Positions 8,599 to 17,659 of a stretch of DNA of 64,000 nucleotides are shown in pieces. A model generated the notes under the pieces. It ran no database searches, was not told the origin of the DNA, and saw only the letters and a list, made by a program, of their open reading frames with translations. The position numbers were made by a program, and so were the translations under genes. Every line of letters begins with the position of its first letter. Within the stretch, counting starts at the first letter, position 1. The DNA lies in the NCBI GenBank assembly GCA_903854195.1, contig CAINVO010000029.1, forward strand, positions 2,557 to 66,556, read 5' to 3'. This DNA is from an uncultured bacterium (GTDB lineage: Bacteria > Patescibacteriota > Minisyncoccia > Phycocordibacterales > CAINVO01).

Positions 8599-9903
8599 TT
8601 ATTGTGATTGTGTCTGTGTTTTTTTAATAATACTTTGAAAATCTACTCTTGCACCCATAATTGCATCTGAAGAACTTCTCTGGTTTGTTGCTACTGATTC
8701 TACCATATTTTGAAATGAGACATTACTTGTATCTGGATCTGGGTCAAACCATCCTCGACTCTGAAGTGCAGCTTGATAAAATACTGCCTGATAACTATCT
8801 GGTGCTTGTACAGCCAAAAGATCTCTTCTAACTGGTGGTAGGCTCAACTGATCAGACAAAAATGTGACAGAAGCCTGACTTGTCAAAGCAAGAATTGCAC
8901 TCAATGAACCGGCAACGTTTGTTGAGTTTTTTGTAATAGCCATTGCATAAAGTTTTCCGTAAGTTATTTTTGTAGAATTCTGATCAGGAACAGGTAGAAC
9001 AGCAACATCAAAATTTAGATTTGGGTTTTTAGCTCTAATTTGTGACGCCTCGCTTGCGTAGCCAACATACAAAGCTAAATTCCCTGCCAAAAAAGCATCA
9101 AGTGAATTTGGCATTGATCTATTCCATGAATAATATTTATTACTTGGATCTGAAAACTGATTATAAAAATCTAAAACAGACGCAGCTGTTGATGCACCAG
9201 GTAAATTTTGATCCAAAACGCTGACAATTTCATCCGTACTTGGGTTTCTAGTAACGATAGGATTACCAGCTTGAAGGAACATTGCAGAAAGAATTGCTTT
9301 TGCATTTGTAACATTTGAAAACTCACCAAATGACACCAAAGCTCTTTGAATATTCTGTTTGTTATCAACTGCGATGATTTTTGGAGCAAGAGATGACAAA
9401 TCTGACCAGTATTTTGGTGGATTTGGAATATTAGCAGAAGCAAAAATATCTTTGTTCCAATAAAGAACAAGTGGATCCACTAAAATCGGAACGCCGACAA
9501 CCCCAGTTGAATTTAGGAACAATTGTCCTTCATCTATAAAAGTATCTTGAAACGTTCGTTGAGGATAGTTTGCAAAAGGAATAGTGAAGATTTTATTTCT
9601 CAACCTGTTTATTTGTGAATCAGGGATAATAACAACATCTGGTCCATTTCCTTCAGCTAAGGCATTCACAAGATCACTATCAAAAGTGGCTTCTGATTTT
9701 TCAACATACCGTGCATTAATAACATTTGCCTGTTGATTTACATTTTTTATAAGAGCAGAAGCTGATTCATTAGGAATCGTACCCCAAATAGTTACCAAGG
9801 CTCCAGGACCATTACTAGTTGTTCCTAGTTTAGCGAAGGTCAAAACACCAAGCACAATAAGAAATATAAAGATTCCAATCACTGTCATTTTAAAAGGTGT
9901 CAT
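8599..9903 (-). CDS. Extracellular solute-binding protein, family 1 (ABC-type, membrane-anchored; orphan with no permease or ATPase adjacent)
   Basis: 434 aa; N-terminal TM anchor, then type-2 periplasmic-binding-fold pattern typical of sugar-binding SBPs. Confidence 0.6.
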   Translation of the reverse strand: MTPFKMTVIGIFIFLIVLGVLTFAKLGTTSNGPGALVTIWGTIPNESASALIKNVNQQANVINARYVEKSEATFDSDLVNALAEGNGPDVVIIPDSQINRLRNKIFTIPFANYPQRTFQDTFIDEGQLFLNSTGVVGVPILVDPLVLYWNKDIFASANIPNPPKYWSDLSSLAPKIIAVDNKQNIQRALVSFGEFSNVTNAKAILSAMFLQAGNPIVTRNPSTDEIVSVLDQNLPGASTAASVLDFYNQFSDPSNKYYSWNRSMPNSLDAFLAGNLALYVGYASEASQIRAKNPNLNFDVAVLPVPDQNSTKITYGKLYAMAITKNSTNVAGSLSAILALTSQASVTFLSDQLSLPPVRRDLLAVQAPDSYQAVFYQAALQSRGWFDPDPDTSNVSFQNMVESVATNQRSSSDAIMGARVDFQSIIKKTQTQSQ

Positions 9904-9943
9904 GAATATTTATATTATAACCCATCAAATTTTATTAAAACAG

Positions 9944-10483
9944 CTAAGGATGCTTTGGCACTGTGAACAGTAACCCGTAATGGTGATCTCCTGCATCAAA
10001 TTCTTTTTCAAAAAGAAACCCCGCTGATTTTGCAAGAGTAATTGTTTCTGATTTTGAAATCCTCTGATCCTTTTTAGGACCTATATTTACTTCAGACTCA
10101 TGTGACCAATCAATAATGGCTAATCTTCCTTTTGATCTCAATATTCTAAATGCTTCCCCAACAATTGTACTGCGCACCTCACTAAAAAATAATGTATTAA
10201 ATATAAAAACCCTATCAACAGAATGATCAGCAAGACCACTTCCTCTTTCTTGCTCCAAATCAGCGTGTAAAATATCTACATTATCTAGCCCCTGACGCTC
10301 TGCATCTTTTTTTATCTTATGAAGTAAGTCAATTTGAACATCTATAGCATAAACCTTTCCGTATTTACCAACTGCACGAGCTGCAGCAATTGCATGATGG
10401 CCTGAACCTGATCCAAAATCTGCAACAACCATTCCTTCACCGACATATGCCTGGGTAATATTTTTTTCAGGATGAGAAAACAT
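9944..10483 (-). CDS. Class I SAM-dependent methyltransferase
   Basis: 179 aa; motif I VADFGSGSGHH, acidic motif II, Rossmann MTase pattern. Confidence 0.7.
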   Translation of the reverse strand: MFSHPEKNITQAYVGEGMVVADFGSGSGHHAIAAARAVGKYGKVYAIDVQIDLLHKIKKDAERQGLDNVDILHADLEQERGSGLADHSVDRVFIFNTLFFSEVRSTIVGEAFRILRSKGRLAIIDWSHESEVNIGPKKDQRISKSETITLAKSAGFLFEKEFDAGDHHYGLLFTVPKHP

Positions 10484-10495
10484 GTAACTATTATA

Positions 10496-13009
10496 TTACA
10501 AGCAAATCAAAGAAGCGATAGAGTCACCTTCGCGAAGCTTCATGATTCGAACACCTTGTGTGTCTCGTCCAAGTGATGGAATTTCTTTTAGGTCACATCT
10601 AATCACCTGACTCTTCTTTGAAATTGCAACCGCTTCTTCTAATTCTTCTGTAACAATAATTGCAGAAATTAGATCACCTGTCTTTGGAGTAACTTTCGAT
10701 GTTTTGATACCAGACCCTCCACGATTTTGAGTTTTATATTCTGAAATTGGAGTCTTTTTACCATATCCATTTGCGGACACAGTTAGAATATGAGCTTTAA
10801 CGCCTTCGGAACCTTTTTTAGCCATATTAGCTTTGGCCACAGAAGCCCCAACAACATAGACATTTTTATCGATTTTCATTACTCTAACTCCTCCAGCACT
10901 TCGTCCCATTTCGCGTACATCTGATTCAGAAAAACGTATAGACTGTGCATCTGAAGAAACTACAATAACCTCATCATTTTTTTCTACAAAAGACGCTGAC
11001 ACTAGATCATCCCCGGCATCTAGACGTATCGCAATGATACCGCTTCGTCGAACATCCTTAAAACTGTCTGCAGAAACTTTTTTACCTGTACCATTTTTTG
11101 TAACCAAGAATAGAGAAAGCCCACCATTATCACTTCCCTTTTTAACATCCTTTGGCATTGGCAAAATAGAAGTTATTTTTTCTTCTGCAGAAAGAGCCAA
11201 GAAGTTCATCATTGATTTTCCACGAGTAGCACGCTTTCCTTCAGGAATATCATACATCTTGATCTGATATGCTTTTCCTTTATCTGTAAAGAAAAGTAAA
11301 TCACTATGAGTAGAGGCAGTCAAAAAATGAGTTATAAAATCTTCCTCTTTTGTGTTTAGATCCATAACACCAACACCCCCTCGTTTTTGTTTACGATATT
11401 CATCTGGATCAGTACGCTTGATGTAACCTCCAGATGTAAGAACAAGAACACTCTCTTCATCAGGAATAACATCTTCAATAGAAAAATTCTTTGCGGCATG
11501 TTTGATTACACGAGTTCTTCTTTCATCTGAATATTTTGCGCGCACTTCTGCAAGTTCATCCTTAATAATTTGTGGGATGCGCTTTGGATTTTTTAGAATA
11601 TCTTCAAGATCTTTAATAAGTTCCTGTATAGCTTTAAGCTCATCTTCTATCTTCTTTCTTTCAAGACCAGCAAGTCGCTGGAGCTTCATGTCCAAAATAG
11701 CAGTAGCCTGACGATCAGAAAACTTGAACTGCTTCATCAAATTCACATGGGCAGTAGGTGTATCTTTTGAGGCTTTGATAAGCTTGATAATTTCATCAAT
11801 ATGATCAAGAGCCTTTTTAAGACCAATCAAAATATGTTCACGGTCCTTTGCTTTATTAAGATCAAACTCTGTACGACGACGAATAACCACACGTCGGTGT
11901 GCAATAAACTCCTCTAGGCAAGATTTGAGTGATAAAGTCTGTGGGACACCATCAACAAGTGCTACCATGTTTAGATGGAACATTTGTTCAAGTTGTGTAT
12001 GTTTGTATATAAAGTTTAGAACGTTCTGTGGATAACTGCCGTTCTTTAGTTCGATCACAATACGAATATCCTTAGTAGACTCATCACGTAGATCCTTAAT
12101 GCCATCTATTTTTTTCTCTCGAACAAGGTCGGCAATTGCCTCGATAAGGGTAGACTTGTTTACACGAAAAGGAATACTAGTAATGATAATTTTTGAATGA
12201 CCCACCTTATCTTCAATGATTTCGGCCTCTCCACGTACAAGCATTCCTCCTTTTCCATGGTTGTAAGCATGCGCGATATCTTTTTCACCATAAAGCACTC
12301 CACCTGTTGGAAAATCTGGACCCTTAACAAACTGCAAGAGATCTTCAGTTGTTGCATCCTTGTTGGCAAGTAAGTGAGATGTAGCATCTACAATTTCACC
12401 AAGATTGTGAGGTGGAATATTTGTTGCCATACCTACAGCAATACCAAGCACTCCGTTTAGAAGAAGGTTTGGAACAGCAGTTGGCAAAACACCAGGCTCC
12501 TTTCTTGAACCGTCATAGTTTGGATGATAGTCAACAGTCTGCTTTTCAATATCACGAAGCAGTTCTGCAGAAAGACGAGCCATACGAGCTTCTGTATAAC
12601 GCATAGCAGCTGCACTATCTCCATCAATGTTACCGAAGTTTCCTTGACCTTGGATCAATGGGTATCGAAGTGAAAAATCCTGAGCCATATTTACAAGAGA
12701 ATCATAAATAGCAACGTCTCCATGAGGGTGATAATTACCCATCACTTCTCCGACTACGAAAGCTGATTTTCGAAACTTAGCTGAAGAAGTCAAACCTCGC
12801 TCATGCATAGCATAAAGAATACGACGGTGCACTGGTTTCAAACCATCACGCACATCGGGAAGAGCACGATCAGTAATAACTGACATGGCATAATCCACAA
12901 AGGATTTTTTCATTTCTGCTGTAAGCTCACGAGCAACCACATTTTCATTTGCAATGTTTGCTGCACTGTCTAGTGGTTTACTGTATCTGTCATCGGATGA
13001 TTTTGCCAT
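10496..13009 (-). CDS. gyrA: DNA gyrase subunit A
   Basis: 837 aa; [28 protein letters not shown], active-site Tyr region, C-terminal beta-pinwheel repeats. Confidence 0.95.
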   Translation of the reverse strand: MAKSSDDRYSKPLDSAANIANENVVARELTAEMKKSFVDYAMSVITDRALPDVRDGLKPVHRRILYAMHERGLTSSAKFRKSAFVVGEVMGNYHPHGDVAIYDSLVNMAQDFSLRYPLIQGQGNFGNIDGDSAAAMRYTEARMARLSAELLRDIEKQTVDYHPNYDGSRKEPGVLPTAVPNLLLNGVLGIAVGMATNIPPHNLGEIVDATSHLLANKDATTEDLLQFVKGPDFPTGGVLYGEKDIAHAYNHGKGGMLVRGEAEIIEDKVGHSKIIITSIPFRVNKSTLIEAIADLVREKKIDGIKDLRDESTKDIRIVIELKNGSYPQNVLNFIYKHTQLEQMFHLNMVALVDGVPQTLSLKSCLEEFIAHRRVVIRRRTEFDLNKAKDREHILIGLKKALDHIDEIIKLIKASKDTPTAHVNLMKQFKFSDRQATAILDMKLQRLAGLERKKIEDELKAIQELIKDLEDILKNPKRIPQIIKDELAEVRAKYSDERRTRVIKHAAKNFSIEDVIPDEESVLVLTSGGYIKRTDPDEYRKQKRGGVGVMDLNTKEEDFITHFLTASTHSDLLFFTDKGKAYQIKMYDIPEGKRATRGKSMMNFLALSAEEKITSILPMPKDVKKGSDNGGLSLFLVTKNGTGKKVSADSFKDVRRSGIIAIRLDAGDDLVSASFVEKNDEVIVVSSDAQSIRFSESDVREMGRSAGGVRVMKIDKNVYVVGASVAKANMAKKGSEGVKAHILTVSANGYGKKTPISEYKTQNRGGSGIKTSKVTPKTGDLISAIIVTEELEEAVAISKKSQVIRCDLKEIPSLGRDTQGVRIMKLREGDSIASLICL

Positions 13010-13033
13010 AAAAAAATAATTAAAATTCTGATA

Positions 13034-13408
13034 TTACTGATTTGTTTGACTAGACTGACTGCTCTGGTCTGCCGGAACAAGAGGCACAACCTGATCATCT
13101 TGATTTTGCTGATCTGAAGTGGTTGCAGGCAACAACTCTATCTGTGACGAAGCATCACTGTCAGAACTTGGTGCAGTCGCATCCTTAATACTTTGATATG
13201 CCTCTGCAGCGTTATTCTTTAAAACATTCATAGGGTTACTTTCTTGAACTAAACCTTGTTCAGCAACAGTTGAATTTGATACAACATTTAAACGGGCATG
13301 GAGCCAAACTGCAAAAACTATAGAAGTTAAAAATAAACTGACAGCAATGGCAACCATTCTTCTGACTGGTTCTGGTTTTGCGTGAAGTTTTTCTATAATT
13401 TTTCGCAT
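13034..13408 (-). CDS. Hypothetical membrane-anchored protein with Ser/Gln/Asp-rich C-terminus
   Basis: 124 aa; one TM helix, low-complexity acidic tail. Confidence 0.4.
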   Translation of the reverse strand: MRKIIEKLHAKPEPVRRMVAIAVSLFLTSIVFAVWLHARLNVVSNSTVAEQGLVQESNPMNVLKNNAAEAYQSIKDATAPSSDSDASSQIELLPATTSDQQNQDDQVVPLVPADQSSQSSQTNQ

Positions 13409-13472
13409 TTTTTTATTTTAATTTGTAAGATTAAATGTAAGACATTTATATACAATAAACATGACACAACTA

Positions 13473-14111
13473 TTATACAACAGACAGGACCATAACTTCT
13501 CCCTCCTTACCTTCCAAATCTTTTTTCTTAATAGTTAGCTTATCAACCGGTGAAACACTCTCGCCCGCTTCCTTTAAAAAAGTTTTGAGAGCGTCTTTAT
13601 CACTACCACCCTTTTCATCATAGTGCATTGGAATAACGATTTTTGCCTCAAGTTTTACAGCAAGTTTATATGCCTCAGAAGCTGACAATACGCCATTACC
13701 ACCAATTGGCACAAAAAGAATATCAACTGAATCAATACCTTCTAGTGTTTCAGGATTTAAAGTAGTTTTATCAAGAGCTCCCAAAAAACAAATATTTATG
13801 CCGTCGAGCTGAAAAGTATAAACTGTATTAATTAGAGATTTACCGTCGTGTGAAGAAGTTTCTGGAAATCCTTTAATAAAAATTCCCCCGGTTTCATATT
13901 CTCCTGGTGAGGTAACAATGAAAGGACTCTTATCTCCGTAAGTAAAATCTGCTCCGCCATTTGTATCAGGATGATTTATCGTTTGCAAAACTATGTTTGC
14001 ACCGAACTTTGATGTTTTAAAAGCAGAATCCTTTGAAGCAGGATTAGTCACGAGCGTAAGATCGCCAAATTGCAATTTAAATGACTCCAATCCTTGATAT
14101 GTAATAACCAT
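13473..14111 (-). CDS. MBL-fold metallo-hydrolase (UlaG/UPF0173-like)
   Basis: Core begins MVITYQGLESFKLQF..; metallo-beta-lactamase fold pattern. ORF-track N-terminal extension to 14321 runs through an inverted-repeat spacer and is rejected. Confidence 0.7.
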   Translation of the reverse strand: MVITYQGLESFKLQFGDLTLVTNPASKDSAFKTSKFGANIVLQTINHPDTNGGADFTYGDKSPFIVTSPGEYETGGIFIKGFPETSSHDGKSLINTVYTFQLDGINICFLGALDKTTLNPETLEGIDSVDILFVPIGGNGVLSASEAYKLAVKLEAKIVIPMHYDEKGGSDKDALKTFLKEAGESVSPVDKLTIKKKDLEGKEGEVMVLSVV

Positions 14112-14147
14112 AATGGCGACATTGTAGCACAATATTAAATGTGTATA

Positions 14148-14265
14148 AAGTATTACAAATACACCTTTTTGGAGCACGGATAAATCCTTGCTAGGATTTT
14201 CCTCGTGCTCGCTCCGTCGAGTCTCGCAAGTCTCCAAAAAGGTGCATTTGTAATATTTGTAATAC
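14148..14265. repeat. Nested inverted repeats in the MBL-hydrolase / rpsA divergent spacer
   Basis: Arms ttacaaatacacctttttggag and ctccaaaaaggtgcatttgtaa (1 mismatch) enclose inner hairpins gagcacg..cgtgctc and aaatcct-tgct-aggattt. Confidence 0.6.
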
Positions 14266-14390
14266 TTTACCAACCTTAGATGTTGTGCTACATTAGCCCT
14301 ATTATTAATAGTTGTAGCCACAAGTAACCTCGCCCATTGTTACGACAGATTTGCAGGCGAAACTTGTGGCTAGACGCATATACATTATTT

Positions 14391-15551
14391 ATGGCAAAAA
14401 AAATTGACGGTTCTGTAGACGAAAATCTAAAGGACATCGTAAAGGACAACCAAACAACGGCTCAAGAAGAGGCTGAAAAGGAGATACGTTCTAAAAAGGA
14501 TAGCCCGATGGGCAAGCTTCTAAACGAAACTGCAACACCTCCAAGTGTAGCTGATATCGTTGAAGGACCCGTTATCGCTATCGACAAGAAAGGTGTTTTT
14601 GTGGATTTACATCCATATGGAACAGGTATTATTTATGGACGTGAATACATCAACGCTCGTGACATCATCAAGAAAGTAAACATTGGTGACAGTATCGCAG
14701 CTAAAGTTGTTGGATTTGATCACCCAGAAGGATACATTGAACTTTCTCTAAAAGAAGCTAAACAGGCATTGATTTGGAGTGAGGCTGAAATTGCTATTCG
14801 AGACAAGACTGCTTTTGATATTCCTGTTCTTGAAGCAAACAAAGGAGGACTTATTCTTTCATGGCAAGGTATCCAAGGTTTCCTTCCTGCATCACAACTT
14901 AAGACAGAACACTACCCACGCGTAACAGATGGTGATAAGGATAAAATCCTGGAAGAGCTTAAGAAACTTATTGGCAAGCGCATTTCTGTAGTTATCATTT
15001 CTGCCGCTCCAAAAGAAGGAAAACTTATCTTCTCAGAAAAGAACCCTGAACAAAAAGATAAAGAAAAGATGGTTGGAAAATACGCAGTTGCAGATGAAAT
15101 CGAAGGAACAGTTACAGGCATGGTAGATTTCGGAGTATTCGTAAAACTAGAAGAAGGTCTTGAAGGTCTAGTTCACATCTCAGAAATCGACTGGGCACTT
15201 GTAGAAGATCCTCGAGCTATCTTTAAGGTTGGCGATAAAGTAAAAGTAAAAATTATCGAAATCAAGGATGGTAAGATTTCTCTTTCTATCAAGGCTTTGA
15301 AAGAAAACCCATGGAAAGCTGCATCAAAGAAATACAAGAAAGATGATGTTGTAAGTGGTGTTGTTATCAAATTCAACAAACACGGCGCTCTTGCAAGCAT
15401 TGAAGAAGGTGTCGCAGGTCTTGTACATGTTTCAGAGTTTGGAACAGAAGCAAAACTTCGTGAGTCACTAGAGCTTGGTAAAAGCTATAACTTTAAGATC
15501 AATCTCTTTGATCCAAAAGAACAAAAGATGGCGTTAGGTTTTGTGAAGTAG
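14391..15551 (+). CDS. rpsA: 30S ribosomal protein S1 (short, 4 S1 domains)
   Basis: Repeated S1-domain motifs (G.V.G.V....FG.FV.L..G..GL.H.SE); ATG at 14391 gives MAKKIDG. Confidence 0.9.
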   Translation: MAKKIDGSVDENLKDIVKDNQTTAQEEAEKEIRSKKDSPMGKLLNETATPPSVADIVEGPVIAIDKKGVFVDLHPYGTGIIYGREYINARDIIKKVNIGDSIAAKVVGFDHPEGYIELSLKEAKQALIWSEAEIAIRDKTAFDIPVLEANKGGLILSWQGIQGFLPASQLKTEHYPRVTDGDKDKILEELKKLIGKRISVVIISAAPKEGKLIFSEKNPEQKDKEKMVGKYAVADEIEGTVTGMVDFGVFVKLEEGLEGLVHISEIDWALVEDPRAIFKVGDKVKVKIIEIKDGKISLSIKALKENPWKAASKKYKKDDVVSGVVIKFNKHGALASIEEGVAGLVHVSEFGTEAKLRESLELGKSYNFKINLFDPKEQKMALGFVK

Positions 15552-15555
15552 TTAG

Positions 15556-15650
15556 ATAAAATAAAAAAGCCGTTTGCGAAGTCCTTCGCTACCCTGTTTT
15601 AAGTCTTGAGACTTCAGAATAGAGTGCGGGACAAGCGAACGGCTTTTTTA
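15556..15650 (+). terminator. Composite rho-independent terminator after rpsA
   Basis: aaaaaagccgtttgcg ... cgcaaacggcttttttatttt with an inner hairpin gaagtc..gacttc. Confidence 0.65.
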
Positions 15651-15693
15651 TTTTGCCTGCTATTCACGCCCAGCGTGGTTATTTTTAATGGTA

Positions 15694-15721
15694 TTGACAC
15701 CTCAAAATCTTTGTGTAATAC
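15694..15721 (+). promoter_or_regulatory. Sigma70-like promoter upstream of the islet ORF
   Basis: TTGACA - 15/16 nt - TGtGTAATAc. Confidence 0.4.
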
Positions 15722-15749
15722 TTTCGCTCAGAAATTCAGATAAGTTTAT

Positions 15750-16154
15750 ATGCCGAAACAGCAAGTTCAATACGCAATACTGGCAACAATCACAGCAATC
15801 GTCGTTCCTGAGGAAAGCCTCACTAATGGTAACAACCACATTTCTTCGCACCCCAGGCTCCGGATGCTGATCCTGAACCTTGAAGGCAAAGAGCGGAAGA
15901 AAGTGAAGGTGAATATCCGTTATCATTTTGAACAAGACGAGCGTGTCCCCGCAAAGGCACACGTCGCGCTGGTGACCAGCAACCGAGGTCCGATCGACCA
16001 CGAACAAATTCGCACAGCCTTCGGAAGCGATGGAAAAGTGTTCGTCAAGACGTACCAAAACGTATCGACAGATCCGAACGTTTTGAACGATCTTTTTCTG
16101 CTTGCGGATAAGGATTCGCAGGCGACAAGAGATGCGATCCAGAAAGTCGCTTAG
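15750..16154 (+). CDS. Hypothetical protein in a GC-rich (about 50%) islet; no recognisable family
   Basis: 134 aa ORF with non-repetitive composition. The overlapping minus ORF 15702..16160 is Cys-rich and junk-like. Own promoter upstream and a GC hairpin downstream. Confidence 0.35.
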   Translation: MPKQQVQYAILATITAIVVPEESLTNGNNHISSHPRLRMLILNLEGKERKKVKVNIRYHFEQDERVPAKAHVALVTSNRGPIDHEQIRTAFGSDGKVFVKTYQNVSTDPNVLNDLFLLADKDSQATRDAIQKVA

Positions 16155-16263
16155 TATCATTAGCCCTTTTTAAAGCAAGGATGGGCAAAACCAGCCGGAA
16201 CGATTTGAATCGTTCCGGCTGTAACTATTTATAAGCTATTACATATTTAGACAATACCCGAAC

Positions 16264-16887
16264 TTATCCTTGGTTCATTTCATTCATTGCAGCCGCCCTA
16301 CCTTCTTCAATTATCATTTTTAAAGCATCCGCAGCTTTTTTTGAAACTTTCTTAATTTCCTCAGCTTCCACAAGTTTAAAATCACCTATAATAAAATCTA
16401 AGACTTTATCTCCTAATGGTTTTTTCAACTTTCCACCTGGAGTAGTTGGTGAAATACCAATTTTCAAACGAACAAACGCTTCTGTCTTGAGATTTTTTAT
16501 TATTGACTCAACCCCTCGATGACCTCCTGATCCCCTATTAAAAGAAATTTTAAAAGTACCTAGGGCAAGATCCAAATCATCATGAACAACAATAAGCTGT
16601 TCAGCTTTTTTTTCACTCGTTACAAGCGTCTTAACCGATGAACCGGATTTATTCATAAAAGTTTCAGGCATAATAACCACAACCTTTTCTTTATTTTTTT
16701 TACTTGGTTTTTTTAAATCTGCTGCAGACATAACACCTTCAGAAAATAATCCGGCAAATTTTTTACTTGGCACAGCAGCAGGAAAAGCATTTTTTTTGAT
16801 AAAAGCTTCTGCAACCATTCTTCCAATGTTATGGCGCGTATTTTTGTATTCCTCTCCTGGATTACCGAGTCCCGCTATTACAAACAT
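16264..16887 (-). CDS. pth: Peptidyl-tRNA hydrolase
   Basis: N-terminal MFVIAGLGNPG..Y..TRHN(I)G, full-length Pth pattern. Confidence 0.9.
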   Translation of the reverse strand: MFVIAGLGNPGEEYKNTRHNIGRMVAEAFIKKNAFPAAVPSKKFAGLFSEGVMSAADLKKPSKKNKEKVVVIMPETFMNKSGSSVKTLVTSEKKAEQLIVVHDDLDLALGTFKISFNRGSGGHRGVESIIKNLKTEAFVRLKIGISPTTPGGKLKKPLGDKVLDFIIGDFKLVEAEEIKKVSKKAADALKMIIEEGRAAAMNEMNQG

Positions 16888-17010
16888 AATTTTATTTTTA
16901 TTAATTAAATATTTAAAAAGACTTACCCACCCTTACATATTGACCATTCTTTGCAATTGGATTGTATCATATTTTAACAAAGTAATGTCTGCAACACACA
17001 GCTAACCCTT

Positions 17011-17622
17011 GTGTCAAACCCCCCTTTCCTATATCATTTTCTCCATATGGATGTTGAAACAAAAAAAATAACACCTGAAACTATTAAAAAAACTCCAGAA
17101 CCTTCAAAGTGGGAACTCACAAAATTTGCACTAATCCTTCTTATTATTTTTCTTCCTATTAGATTTTTTGCAATCGGCCCCTTTGTTGTTTACGGAAGTT
17201 CAATGGAACCAAATTTCTATACTGGAGAATATCTTATTGTTGATGAAATCTCATATGATTTCATTGCCCCACATCGTGGTGACGTAATAGTTCTTCGCCC
17301 ACCCATAAATACAAATACTCATTTTATAAAACGCGTTATTGGTCTTCCAAATGAAACTGTAAAAATAGACGGGACAATAGTAACAATCATCAATGCTGCA
17401 AACCCAAATGGTTTTGTATTAAATGAACCTTATCTTGCCCACCACAAAGGCCCTTCAGGTTCTTGGACACTTGGATCAGATGAGTACTTTGTACTTGGTG
17501 ACAATAGAGATGTCAGTGATGATTCTCGTATATGGGGTCCTCTAAAGAAAAATATGATTACAGGAAGAGCACTTCTCAGACTCTATCCATTCAAAAGGTT
17601 AAGCTTTCTGCCTGGTCAATAA
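17011..17622 (+). CDS. lepB: Signal peptidase I
   Basis: SSMEPNF (catalytic Ser box), GDNRDVSDDSR (box E); start may be the Met at 17047. Confidence 0.88.
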   Translation: MSNPPFLYHFLHMDVETKKITPETIKKTPEPSKWELTKFALILLIIFLPIRFFAIGPFVVYGSSMEPNFYTGEYLIVDEISYDFIAPHRGDVIVLRPPINTNTHFIKRVIGLPNETVKIDGTIVTIINAANPNGFVLNEPYLAHHKGPSGSWTLGSDEYFVLGDNRDVSDDSRIWGPLKKNMITGRALLRLYPFKRLSFLPGQ

Positions 17623-17659
17623 AAACCAATAAAAGTTAGTTAAAATAAAAAATACTGCA

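Noticed and set aside
14112-14321. 70-aa N-terminal extension of the MBL hydrolase ORF
   Set aside because: It runs through the palindromic spacer. The conserved MBL core starts at MVITYQG (14111), and the extension has no hydrophobic or signal character.
15702-16160. 152-aa minus-strand ORF overlapping the islet ORF
   Set aside because: It has a Cys-rich, low-information composition. It is almost exactly antisense to a better-looking plus-strand ORF that has its own promoter. Long antisense ORFs are expected at 50% GC.
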